Of a DNA stretch of 64,000 nt, positions 1 through 14,018 are shown in pieces (the stretch's first letter is position 1; each line of letters opens with the position of its first letter). The position numbers were made by a program, and so were the translations under genes. The notes under the pieces are model-generated. The model saw nothing but the letters and a program-made list of their open reading frames with translations. It did not search any database and had not been told where the DNA came from. Source of the stretch: Dictyostelium discoideum (lineage: Eukaryota); contig CM000154.2 of NCBI GenBank assembly GCA_000004695.1, positions 2,944,001-3,008,000 of the forward strand, in the 5' to 3' direction.

Positions 1-2232
1 GCATCCATTGAAAAACGTTCATCAGGTTTAAATCCAAGTGCAATTAAAATCAAAACATTTGATGATCAATCATTTATATTCACTCATTTTATGCATAGAG
101 AGGTAGCATTTGATGATTTGGAAGGTTTATTAATTCATCAAGAAAGTTTACATTTTGCACATAGTATAGTTGCAAATAATTTCCCAGGTATGAATGAAGC
201 AATTAGAGGTCAAACAAAGAGATTACTTTCAAGAGCACGTTTAGATGGTCATTATCAAATTCATAGTAAAATACGTTGTCCAATGCCAAGTAAAGAGATA
301 CTATTAATGAGTGCAATTAAAAATAATAATTTAGATATGGTTGTAACTTTATTAAATTATTATTGTCAAGTGAATTCCGATGAAATTAATTCCGTTGATT
401 CAAAAGGTTATACACCATTACATAATGCTGTATTCTCTGAATGTTCTGATCAAATTTTCATGCATTTATTGAATCAAAAGGAAGTACGTGTTAGAGAACG
501 TAATATGGATGGTAATACACCACTTCATTATTTCTGTCAAAAATTCAAATCACCAGAATGTCAGAGAATAGTTCAAGCCATGATTGAAAAAGGTGCAAAT
601 ATTAACGAACAAAATTATAATGGTGAAACTCCATTACATAAAGCAATCTTCAATCATTCAGTACGTTTATTAATGGTTTACATTTTGTTAAAGAATAATG
701 CCAATGTAAACATTGTCAACAATGCTGGTGAATCACCACTTCATTATGCAGTACGTTTAGGTAGATTAGATGTTGCAAAAATGTTATTAGCTGCTGGTGC
801 TGATCCAACAATCATTAGTTTAAGAGATAGAAAAACCGCTTTAGCTTTAGCAGTTGATTATGATGTTTGTCCTGAAATCTCTGATTTATTACGTCGTTTA
901 GATACAATCACAACATCATTGGAAATGTATGAATTGGAAAAGTTTCAAGCATCATTGGTTGTTGAAGAACTTCAAAAAGAGAATGTTGTAGCACGTTTAG
1001 ATGAAAAATTATTGGATAAAATAGGTTGTACTGATAAAGAAGAACGTAGAAAATTCTTATCATTAAAGAGTAATCGTTTATTAATTCATCATCCAGCACG
1101 TACTCAAGGTGCTAAAATCATTTTAAAAGAAATGGAAACTATGGATATTAAAAATGGTAAATTAATCATTTCAGAAACTGAATTGGAGTATACAGAGAAA
1201 ATTGGTTCCGGTGCATCTGGTAAAGTTTTCAAAGGAATTTATCGTGGTAGAGTAGTTGCAATTAAAGTTTTAAAATCTGCCGATGATGAAATGACTCGTG
1301 AAGATTTCTTAAAAGAATTTGGTGTTTTGGCTTCATTGGAATCTCATACTATAGTTGGTTTATATGGTGTGGTTTTAGAACCAAAGATTTGTTTAGTAAT
1401 GGAATATTGTTCAAACGGTAGTATCTATCATTCCATTAGAAAGAATCCACCATCTTGGGAGAGATTCTTTTCTTTTGTTCAACAAATGTTGGCTGGTATT
1501 AATGCACTTCATCAATCAACTCCTCAAGTTTTACATAGAGATATTAAAACTCTAAATTTCTTGGTAAATCATAACAATAAGGTTAAAGTTGCCGATTTTG
1601 GTTTAAGTCGTTTCAATACAGAATCAAATCAAGAAACTTTAAATAAAACAAGAGGTACTTCAGTATATTGTGCTCCAGAAGTTTTCGAAGGTAAAGAATA
1701 TAATGAACGTTCCGATATGTATTCAATGGGTATTGTAATGTGGGAGATTGTCTATTGTGTTGTTTATGGTTGTTATATGATACCATATCAAGAGTATAAT
1801 AAAATGTTTAATGCTTTCCAAGTTGCCCTATTGGTTAATTCGTCAAAGAGAGTTTTAAGACCAACAATCCCAATTGGTGTACCACAAGTTTTAAAAGATT
1901 TAATCTATTGTCTATGGGATCATGACGTTTCTTCAAGACCAACCGCAACTGAAGCAATGACCGCATTGGCTGTATGTGAAAAAGAATATAAACAAAATAA
2001 AGCTCAATGGGAATTAGTAATTACTAAAAAAGAACCAACTCCACTTCCACGTGTTGCTCCATTACCTGCTTTCCCTGGTTATCGCCAATTCTATGAACAA
2101 AATCTTGATATTAAACCTATACCTGAGGAGGAACAAATTTATCAAGAAGCAATGGAAAAACAAAGAAGAAATCAAGAAGCAAGTGCAAATAGAAATCAAA
2201 AAAATAAAGAATTATTAAATAATAATAATTAA
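1..2232 (+). CDS. Ankyrin-repeat-containing TKL-type protein kinase; 5' end truncated by the window edge
   Basis: Frame 1 is open from nt 1 with no stop before the listed ATG at 91, so the gene starts upstream of the window. ANK repeats are visible (GYTPLHNAV, GNTPLHYFC, GETPLHKAI, GESPLHYAVRLGRLDVAKMLLAAGADP). Kinase subdomains follow: GSGASGKVFKG (I), VAIKVLK (II), HRDIKTLNFLV (VIb), DFGLSR (VII), YCAPE (VIII), DMYSMGIVMWE (IX). Stop TAA at 2230-2232. Confidence 0.8.
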   Translation, partial: ASIEKRSSGLNPSAIKIKTFDDQSFIFTHFMHREVAFDDLEGLLIHQESLHFAHSIVANNFPGMNEAIRGQTKRLLSRARLDGHYQIHSKIRCPMPSKEILLMSAIKNNNLDMVVTLLNYYCQVNSDEINSVDSKGYTPLHNAVFSECSDQIFMHLLNQKEVRVRERNMDGNTPLHYFCQKFKSPECQRIVQAMIEKGANINEQNYNGETPLHKAIFNHSVRLLMVYILLKNNANVNIVNNAGESPLHYAVRLGRLDVAKMLLAAGADPTIISLRDRKTALALAVDYDVCPEISDLLRRLDTITTSLEMYELEKFQASLVVEELQKENVVARLDEKLLDKIGCTDKEERRKFLSLKSNRLLIHHPARTQGAKIILKEMETMDIKNGKLIISETELEYTEKIGSGASGKVFKGIYRGRVVAIKVLKSADDEMTREDFLKEFGVLASLESHTIVGLYGVVLEPKICLVMEYCSNGSIYHSIRKNPPSWERFFSFVQQMLAGINALHQSTPQVLHRDIKTLNFLVNHNNKVKVADFGLSRFNTESNQETLNKTRGTSVYCAPEVFEGKEYNERSDMYSMGIVMWEIVYCVVYGCYMIPYQEYNKMFNAFQVALLVNSSKRVLRPTIPIGVPQVLKDLIYCLWDHDVSSRPTATEAMTALAVCEKEYKQNKAQWELVITKKEPTPLPRVAPLPAFPGYRQFYEQNLDIKPIPEEEQIYQEAMEKQRRNQEASANRNQKNKELLNNNN

Positions 2233-2264
2233 ATAATTAAATAATAATAAATAATAAATAATAA

Positions 2265-2295
<31 letters not shown>

Positions 2296-2488
2296 CTTTA
2301 TAATTAATAATAAGAAATAAAGAAAAAAAAAAAAAAAAAATATAATTTATATATTTTTTTTTTGTGTATATAAATATTAATAAAAATAAAATTAATTATT
2401 TTTAAGTTTTTTTTATTTATATCTTTTCTTTATTTCTTTTCTTTTGAAGAAATAATTGACATTTTTTTTTTTTCAATTTATCTTTGGT

Positions 2489-5226
<2,738 letters not shown>

Positions 5227-6025
5227 TGATATTTATCTGTATATTCAAGGTCTTAATACTTCTCTTTGAATATTACATTGAAAATAAAAAAATAAAAAAG
5301 TGAAAAAAAAAAAAAAATATTCCCCCAATTAGACACATAAAAAAAGAAAAAAAAAAAAAAAAAAATAAAATAAAATAATTATTTATTTTTTTTTATTTTT
5401 TTTATGTTTTTTTTTCTTTTATAAATTGATTTTTTTTTAAATACAAATTTAGTGTATAAAAATAGGGTATTCAAAAATACATAAAATGATATTAAATATA
5501 AAAAAAATGAATGTAACCATTATTATTTTTTAGTTTTTTTTTTTTTTTTTTTTTATATAATTATTTTTGATGTATAGTCCTTTAATTTCAGAATTTAATC
5601 ATTTGGCATTCATTTTTTGTAATTATTATTTTTATTTGAAGAACAATGAGAAGAAAATAAATTTTATATAAAAAATAGATTTACAAAATAAAAAACAGAA
5701 TATTTATTTTAAAATAACTAATTTAAAAATCCATATTTAATTCATTTATTTTTTTGATTTAAAAATTAATATAAATAAAAAAAATAATAAATAAATAAAA
5801 ATGGTAATATATTAAAAAAATAAAAAATTCAGAAATTAAATTACAAAATAAAATATTTGATTAAAAAAATAAAAAAAATTCCAAAAAAAAAAAAATAAAT
5901 ATTCCAAAAATCGTAAAGTTTAAATTCATTTTTTTTATATTATATATAATTTTGTGTATTTTTGAGTGTAAAAATATTATGATAATTTTAAATATGGATT
6001 TAATATTTAAAATTAAATCATTATT

Positions 6026-6059
<34 letters not shown>

Positions 6060-6542
6060 AATATATTTTTTTTTTTTAATTGTCAAATTATTGGACTATA
6101 CATCAAAAATAATTAGTAATAATAGCAATTAATATTTCAAATAAATCAAAAGGATATAAAAAACAAATATTAATTTAAATAATTAAACTATTTATTTATA
6201 AAATAATTCATTTTTTTTAACAATAATTATAATAAAAAATAATAATTATAATAAACCTAGAGCATTGACAAAATCTTTTAAATTATTTCATTTTACAAAA
6301 AAAAAAAAACAAAAAATCGAATTAATGATTGGTTCAAGAATACTATAAAAAAGAGTAACAATGTAAAAATGAAATACAAAAAAAAAAAAAAAAAAAAAAA
6401 ATTTTAATTCAAGGTTACAATTACAATCAAATATAAAATAATTAAAATAAATTAAAAACAATACATCTTAAAAAAAAAAAAAAAAAAAATATAAAATAAT
6501 TAAAAAAAATTAAAAACAATAATAATATAATTTATTTTTTTG

Positions 6543-6580
<38 letters not shown>

Positions 6581-7234
6581 AACTTATTTGATTAACATAA
6601 CAATAAGTTGTTGTTATAGTACAATATTAACATTGAGATTTATGGAGATTACACCTAACAATAATAATTTTTCTTTATTTTTAATTTTTTTTTTTTGCTT
6701 TTTGTTTTTTTTTTTTTTTTTTTCTTGGGGGGGTAATGATTAAAAATAGAAAAATTGAAGGGTAGAGAAAAGTGAAAAAAAAATTTATAATTAACACACT
6801 AATTTTTTTTCCTTTTAAGTTATCACCACTAGTAGTCAAAAAAATTTTATATAACAATCCACCTAAAATACACAATATGGTGTAACTAATTTTATTAGAA
6901 ACTACCCAAATTCAAAATTTAGGTATGTAGTGTTTTTTTTTTGTTTATTATTTTGAGTTAAATAGTATGATGTTCTATTTTCTTTGTGTTTATATAATTT
7001 TTTTTTTTAAAAAAAAAAATAATAATTTTTTTTTTAATTATTATTATTATTTTTTTTATTTTTTTTTTTTTTTACACTTTTTTTTTTTTTTTTTTATTCA
7101 TTTATTTTTTATCAAATTTATTTTTCTCATTTTTCAATACCAATATATTATTATTATTTTTTTATTTATAATTTGTATAAAAAATAAAAAATAATTATAA
7201 TAAATATAACAATCTATTAAAATTTATAAAAAAA

Positions 7235-10166
7235 ATGAATATAAAATATTTATCATTTTTATTTATATTATTCATTTTACCAATATGGTGTGAAGTTAAA
7301 GTTGAAAGTAAGTATTTTTTTTTTTTTTTTTATACAAATGATTTAAAAATATTAATTTTTTTTTTTTTTTTTTTTTATAAAAAAAATAGATTTTTATAAT
7401 AATGAAACAACTATTGTATTTGAATATAATTTAAATGATGAATATTTTACAAAATGGTTTTATTTTGATAATAATTATTTTGCCATATTCTCATGTTTTG
7501 ACAATTCAACAAATAGAATTTGTGAATTTTTACCAAGTATTTCAGATATGGATAAATTATATAGTAATAAAATTTTTTATTGTTCGATTAATCCATCATC
7601 ATCATCAGTAGAGGAATGTAATAATAGTATTTTAAAACCATCATTTTATCCAACACCAATTATATCGAAAGATTTTAAACCTCCAACAAAAGGTGGTCAA
7701 GTAGTTATTAAAGGATCATTTTTAATAAGCAGTGGTCACAAATTTCCAACACAATATGGTGATGTTAAAGTTGAAATTCCAAATTCAGGTTTAATAAATC
7801 CAACAAACATTACAATTAAATCATTTCCATTTGGATGTGGTGAACAAACAATTCGATATTATAATAATAAATTATTTAAATTTCAATATTCAAATCCAAT
7901 CCTATATTCAATATCAATTGAAAAAATAAATGAATATTCAAAAATTAAATTAATTATTAATGGTGATAATTTTTGTACAATTAGTGATAATGTTTCATTG
8001 TCAATTGGAAAATTAAATGGATTACAATTTAATTGGGAAAATAATAATAATAATAATATAATTTCAATTGAATATGATCAAATTTATTCTGGATTATATA
8101 ATGTATCATTAAATGCAAATGGATTAATTTCAAATAATTTATTATTAACGTTTAATCCAGAAATTAAAAGTGTAACATCCGTTCCAAAATCATTAGGAGG
8201 TATTATTACAATTAGAGGTAATAGATTAATATCAGAAAATGGTATGAATGATACTATTGTATCATTTGTTGGTAATCGAGAATTTGATTGTTTAATGATT
8301 TCAAATTCTGAATCCATTATTGAATGTAATCTTCTAAAAGTTGTTTTATTATTTTACGCATATTTTAATATAAATTTAATAGTTGGTGGTCAAAAACAAT
8401 TAGATGGAACAATTAAATTTGAGTTTGATAAACCATATATTAGTGGTAAATCATTAACAGGAATGAATTTAACATTATTTGGTGAAATGTTTATGAATCC
8501 CCATGTTTTTATAAATGGTATTGAATTAAATAATAATTTAACTATCTCTTTTAGTTCAACAGAATTTAAGTTCACATTACCAAATGATTTTAAAAAAGGA
8601 TCGATATTTCTTCGAAATTCTAAAAATGCTGCAGATTCAAATACAATAATATTTGAAAAATCATTTAATATTGAATCAATTGGATACTCAACAACTAGAG
8701 GTCAATTATTATCATTTCAATTTAACAATATTTTAAATGAAAATTTAAATTTAATACCAACTTTAACCTATAATTCAAGTCAATTAATTTTTAATGAACC
8801 ATTATCAACAATATTTAATAAAACAAATGGTGATTTTAAATTTGAAGTACCAATGGGTTGTGGTTCAAATAGTCCAATTCAAGGTATAATTGGTAATCAA
8901 ATTGCAAATTCAACATTTTCATATTTTGAACCAATTATTTTAAGATGTCTAACTGATGATTTTTTAATAATTTGTTATGGTTTTAATTTTGGTAGTTTAT
9001 CAATGATCAATAGTGATGATAGTGATAATAATAATAATAATAATAATAATAATATTAAAATTAATTTTTTAAATCAAATCTATACAAATAATAATATTAG
9101 TAAATTAGATCATGAAAAATTTGTTATACCATTAAAATCAAATAATCTTTATAATGGTAATATTTCAATCACTGTTTGTGGTTTAACTTCAAATTATTAT
9201 CAACTTTATTTTAAATCATCAATTAAAAATGAAGCTCGATTATTTAACCAATATTTTAAATCAAATGGTGGTGATTTAATAATTAATGGTCATAACTTCA
9301 TTTATAATAAAAGTAATTTCACATATTTACTTTGTGATGATGATGATGAATATTATAATCAAATTAAATATAATTGTAATTTTATAGATAATACATTTTA
9401 TAATTGTCCAATTAATATTATTGGGCCATTTGATAGAAAATGTATATTAAATTTCCAAAATGAAAAAATGTTTAATATAAAAATCAATTATTTATCACCA
9501 ACAGTTAATAATGTTATTTTAAATAATTTAACAATTACTGGTGGTTTAATAACTATAAATGGAAGTGATTTTTATAACCTTACAACTTTTATTGAAATTG
9601 GTAATTTAAATTGTTATAATGTTACTTTTATAAATTCAAATCAATTAAATTGCAATTTAATTACAAATAATATTTCACAACATTTAATAAGTAATAATTT
9701 ATATTATGTTAATATTTCAATTTTTAGTGGCACAAATAATAATTTAGATTTAATTAAAAATAGTAGTACTTTAATATTTAAATATGATAATTTATTAGGA
9801 AATTCAAATAGTAATAATAGTAATAATAATAATAATGGTGATGGTAGTCATGGTGATGATGGTGGTGATGGTGGGGGTGGTGATGGTGATGGTGATGGTG
9901 ATGGTGGTTCCAGTAAATTAAAATGGTTAATACCAACTATTATATGTCCAGTTATTTTTGTTGTAATGGTTATCTTTATTGGGCCTGAACTATTTAGAAG
10001 ATTCTATACCTATCCACCTCCAAAACCACCATTACCTGAACCAGGTTTTCAAAGAAGACCTTATGATCCTCCGAATTTAAATAACAGATTATATGAAAAT
10101 ACCATAACTCGATATGATAATGATCCTGATAATCTACAATTATCATTTGTTCCAATTCAACCTTAA
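7235..10166 (+). CDS. Signal-peptide, IPT/TIG-repeat single-pass transmembrane protein (Tgr/'tiger' family-like); 2 exons
   Basis: Exon 1 is 7235-7307 (MNIKYLSFLFILFILPIWCEVKVE, a signal peptide). It has a GTAAGT donor at 7308, an 82-bp intron and acceptor ATAG at 7389. Exon 2 is 7390-10166 and is in frame with the supplied 7548 ORF. Repeated IPT/TIG-like motifs are present: ITIRGNRLISENG, IINGDNFC, LIINGHNFIY, ITINGSDFYNL. A C-terminal TM segment (WLIPTIICPVIFVVMVIFIG) is followed by a Pro-rich tail. There is a G/D-rich GDGSHGDDGGDGGGGDGDGDGDGG stalk. Confidence 0.6.
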
Positions 10167-10489
10167 TTCTAGCGAAGAAGAAGAAAAAAGAAAAAAAAAA
10201 AAAAAAATATATTTAATAATAACCTGTAAATAAAATAAACTATTTAACTTTTATAATTGTTTTTTTTTTTTTTTTGAATATATTTTTTTTGTTTTTTTAT
10301 TGATACATTTTACAATTTGAGGTTTGAATAAATATTATTTAATATCTTTTTTTTTTTTTTTTTCTTTCTTTTCTTAAAAATTTTTTTTTTTCTTTTTCTA
10401 TTTTCTCAATCCTGTTATATATATTTTAATTTTTTTGAAATTAATAAAAATAAATTTATTTTTTTAACTTTTTTTTTTTTTCATATATT

Positions 10490-10811
10490 TTAAAATAGAA
10501 AAAATATACTAACCCATAAGAAGAGCATTCCCACAAATGTTTCATATTGTACATATCCTGAATTTTGTGGATCAGCTTCATAGATCATTTCTTCAATCTT
10601 ATAAAATAAATATAATTTTATTTTATTTTTTTTTTTTTTTTTTTTTTGATTAGTAAGAAAATTGTAATAGGAAATTAAAATTTTAAAAAATGCTTACTTC
10701 ATCAGCTGGCATCATATCACCAAGTTCATTTAAAACTTTTCTTAAATAATCTACAGTTACATAACCATTACCATCACGATCAAAAACTTTGAAAGCTTCT
10801 ATAACTTGTGC
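10490..10811 (-). CDS. Small two-EF-hand protein (calmodulin/myosin-I light-chain-like); first exon not resolved
   Basis: Exon 10698-10811 (minus) encodes AQVIEAFKVFDRDGNGYVTVDYLRKVLNELGDMMPADE, a canonical EF-hand loop DRDGNGYV, and ends at a GTAAGC donor. Exon 10490-10597 follows acceptor ATAAG and encodes IEEMIYEADPQNSGYVQYETFVGML.., a second EF-hand. A possible tiny first exon ATGAATCACATAAATACAAAA (about 10938-10958, minus) with a weak GTACAC donor is unproven. Confidence 0.5.
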
Positions 10812-11803
10812 CTAAAATAAAAAATAAAAAAATATTTTTAAATAAAAATTAAAATAATTAGAATTGGTAAATGAATTTTGTGTTTTTTTGTTTTTATAAA
10901 AAATTTTGTAATAACTGTGTACTTTTGTATTTATGTGATTCATTATTTATTTATTATTTGTGAAAGTTTGTTATGAAAAATAAAAAAAAAAAAAACTATT
11001 TGGATTTTTTTTTTTTTTTAATTTTTTTTTTTTATTTTGAGCATGTCATGACCCATTTTTTATTTTTATTAGAAAATTATTGATGAATTTTTGGGGTTTT
11101 TTTTTTTTTTTAATTTTTTTTTTATTTTCCAATTTGTTTTATCTTTTAAATAAATAAATCAATTCCAATACCAATTTTTTTTTTTTATATTAAATTTTGT
11201 AATTATTTTATTTATTTATTGTTTTTTTTTATTCAATTTTAATTATTTGTTTTAAAAAATAATTTAACAATCCAATAATTCTTTAATAACACAAACTATG
11301 AAATCAAATTCCAGTCCTTAAAATTCTAAATTACCGGATAATTTTTTTAATAACCTTGCACAATTAATTATGCGTGTTCGATTAATGTTTTTTTTTTTTT
11401 TTTTATACAAAGATTATTTTGGTTTGATTGTATTCCAAATTTTTTTTTTTTTTGAATTGGATAACGCAATTATTATTTGCTTCTCCTTGAGATGCTAGAT
11501 CTCATTTTATTTTATTTTTTTTTTTTTTTTTACAGGGTCTCTAAAAGAGGGGTTAGTTTACTTTTTTTTTTTTTTTTTTTTTTTTGTTTCGAATTTTGAA
11601 TTGTATTATTACTTTTGATTAAAACATCTTTTTTGTCCAAACTTTTTTCTAAATCTTTTTTTATTTTATCGTCTGGTTCGTGATTGATGTTTATGACGTA
11701 TTTGAATTGTTTTTTTTTTAATTGAGTTTTATCCACAATTTCGCTTATTTTTTGTAGGCATTTGTGTTGCTTAATATTTGTGGTGTTGTTTGTGATTTTC
11801 ATT

Positions 11804-11903
11804 NNNNNNNNNNNNNNNNNNNNNNNNNNNNNNNNNNNNNNNNNNNNNNNNNNNNNNNNNNNNNNNNNNNNNNNNNNNNNNNNNNNNNNNNNNNNNNNNN
11901 NNN
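11804..11903. other. Assembly gap (100 N) inside the tandem-repeat/retroelement region
   Basis: Run of exactly 100 n. Confidence 1.
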
Positions 11904-12631
11904 CAATAAAGTAAAAAGATGGCTTTTTAAGATAGTTTATTTATTTATTTATTTGTTTTTTAAGTCTTTTTTATATGAAAAATGAAATAATCAAAAAAAG
12001 AGATTGTTGTTGTTGTTTGTTTTTTTTCGATCTGATTATTTTTTGCTTTTTTTTGAAAATTTTGCTACGCAAAATTCTCAAAACGAAACAAATAATAAAT
12101 TACAATAAAGTAAAAAGATGGCTTTTTAAGATAGTTTATTTATTTATTTATTTGTTTTTTAAGTCTTTTTTATATGAAAAATGAAATAATCAAAAAAAGA
12201 GATTGTTGTTGTTGTTTGTTTTTTTTCGATCTGATTATTTTTTGCTTTTTTTTGAAAATTTTGCTACGCAAAATTCTCAAAACGAAACAAATAATAAATT
12301 ACAATAAAGTAAAAAGATGGCTTTTTAAGATAGTTTATTTATTTATTTATTTGTTTTTTAAGTCTTTTTTATATGAAAAATGAAATAATCAAAAAAAGAG
12401 ATTGTTGTTGTTGTTTGTTTTTTTTCGATCTGATTATTTTTTGCTTTTTTTTGAAAATTTTGCTACGCAAAATTCTCAAAACGAAACAAATAATAAATTA
12501 CAATAAAGTAAAAAGATGGCTTTTTAAGATAGTTTATTTATTTATTTATTTGTTTTTTAAGTCTTTTTTATATGAAAAATGAAATAATCAAAAAAAGAGA
12601 TTGTTGTTGTTGTTTGTTTTTTTTCGATCTC
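11904..12631. repeat. Tandem array of a 199-bp unit (at least 3.6 copies; truncated by the gap)
   Basis: The identical 69-aa ORFs at 11975, 12174 and 12373 are spaced exactly 199 bp apart. Unit sequence: ...caataaagtaaaaagatggctttttaagatagtttatttatttatttatttg...tgttgttgttgtttgttttttttcgatct... It is plausibly the repeated 5' (A-module-like) region of the retroelement. Confidence 0.85.
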
Positions 12632-12679
12632 ATTGTATTCCAAATAATTTTAAGCGTTCCAAATCCCAAATTTCAAAAT

Positions 12680-12750
12680 GGGAGATTAGTTAAGTGGTAT
12701 AATGCTACCTTTGGGTGGTAGCGTCCTGAGTTCGATTCTCGGATCTCCCC
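12680..12750 (+). tRNA. tRNA-Pro (anticodon UGG)
   Basis: GGGAGATTAGTTAAGTGGTATAATGCTACCTTTGGGTGGTAGCGTCCTGAGTTCGATTCTCGGATCTCCCC. Acceptor stem GGGAGAT/ATCTCCC, anticodon stem CTACC/GGTAG, loop TTTGGGT giving anticodon TGG, T-loop GTTCGATTC. Length 71 nt. Confidence 0.9.
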
Positions 12751-12781
12751 ATCTTTTAAGATCCGAAACAATAGATTACAT

Positions 12782-12791
12782 GTTCGATTCC
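12782..12791 (+). promoter_or_regulatory. ex-B box (extra pol III B-box) downstream of tRNA-Pro
   Basis: GTTCGATTCC lies 32 nt 3' of the tRNA end. This is the Dictyostelium-specific external B-box arrangement. Confidence 0.7.
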
Positions 12792-12899
12792 TATATTTAT
12801 TTGGTATTCAAACTCTAATTTTTTAATATTTTAAAAAAAAAAACAAAAAAAATAAAAAAGTTTTTTTGGAGTAATTTAGGGTTGGCAATGTCCCTAGAG

Positions 12900-12932
<33 letters not shown>

Positions 12933-13192
12933 GACCCAAAATGACCTAAAATTTTTTTTTTTGACCCAAGATGACCCAAAATTTTTTAATTTGGCATTAT
13001 TTACTAAAAAAAAAAAAAAAAACTTAAAAAATTAAGAAAAATAAATTTAAAAAAATAGAAAAATTTTGATAAGATATTTTTGTATTCTAAATTTTTGATT
13101 AGTTTTTTTTTTTTTAGGTTTTCTTTTTTTTTTTTTTTTCATCATTTTTTTATATAAAATAAAATTAGATTTATAATTTTTATTCTCAAATC

Positions 13193-13654
13193 ATGATATC
13201 AAATAATAATAATAATAGAATATGTACACTTCATCCAAACAGATTTTTAATGTTTTTTTGTTTGGATTGCCAATTAATTCCATGTTGTGCTCAGTGTACC
13301 TCAGTTTCAGGTGAACATCATGGTCATAAAACTAATGAATAGGATGTGAATCCAAAAATAAATGAAAGAATCGAAGAGGATCAAAAAATATTAAAAGAAT
13401 CAAATGAAAAATTTGATAGAATTAAAACTCAATATGAAACAAATGTGGGAATATTGGAAAGGGAAATTAAAAAAATCCATGATATAGCTTCAATAGTACA
13501 AATAGAGGTCCAGAAAACATTATCGGTAGCTTTTGAAATGAATACATCAATAAATGATAGAATAGCTTTTTCAATCGAGAATGATAATGAAACACTTTCT
13601 AGCGATATGAGTAAAAATATTAGTTTTGATATATTCATTTATATCAGTATTTAA
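13193..13654 (+). pseudogene. B-box zinc-finger ORF (13193-13342) followed in the same frame, after a single TAG, by a coiled-coil ORF (13343-13654). Either a disrupted B-box/coiled-coil gene or a sequencing error
   Basis: [49 protein letters not shown] has a C-x2-H-x8-C-x7-C-x2-C-x6-H-x2-H B-box. TAG sits at 13340-13342. The same frame then reads ...NPKINERIEEDQKILKESNEKFDRIKTQYETNVGILEREIKKIHDIASIVQIEVQK, which has a heptad-like coiled-coil character. Confidence 0.4.
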
Positions 13655-13973
13655 ATGAATGGTTCGATTTTCGTATTCTTTTAATTTTTATGAGGAAAGT
13701 GGAATTAATAGTAATAATAATATTAATAATGATAATAATAATAATAATAATGTTAATGGTAGTAATGAAGAGAGAGAAATCCAAATGGCAATTTAACAAT
13801 CTTTTAGAAGTTTCTATAGCGATATGAGTAAAAATATGGTATGAATGTCCAGAAAGTATTCATTATATATCTGATCTACCATCTGTGGGTCTTATATAAT
13901 AAATTTTATTTTTTTCTAATCAATCATTAGATAAATTTGTAATATTTTTACAATACCAAATTAATGTTATTAT

Positions 13974-14018
<45 letters not shown>

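Larger units (their letters stand above)
11441..12631 (-). mobile_element. TRE5-type (tRNA-gene-targeted) non-LTR retrotransposon remnant; contains an assembly gap
   Basis: A 14-bp direct repeat ATTGTATTCCAAAT at 11427-11440 and 12632-12645 flanks the segment (target-site duplication). The distal end is T14 on the plus strand, i.e. an oligo(A) 3' tail on the minus strand. The end next to the tRNA is 48 bp upstream of tRNA-Pro at 12680. The interior holds the 199-bp tandem array and a minus-strand ORF 11530-11802, a Lys-rich C-terminal ORF fragment. The 100-N gap at 11804-11903 means the true size is unknown. Confidence 0.6.

Noticed and set aside
5227-7234. Two-kilobase gap between the divergent Ulp1 and Tgr-like genes, with small ORFs (6540-6743, 6681-6875, 6967-7194)
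   Set aside because: Almost entirely A/T homopolymers and short palindromes (e.g. caacttatt..aataagttg at 6590). The ORFs are poly-K/poly-F artefacts. Interpreted as a shared promoter/intergenic region.
11764-12582. Four near-identical about 69-73-aa ORFs (11764, 11975, 12174, 12373)
   Set aside because: They are the same 199-bp tandem unit read repeatedly (one runs through the N gap as X residues). They are repeat artefacts, not a gene family.
13596-13830. Possible intron between the two AGCGATATGAGTAAAAATAT copies
   Set aside because: Tried the GTAAAA donor with the downstream TTTTAG/CTATAG acceptors. Every combination gives an immediate stop, so I treat it as a local duplication in the 3' region.
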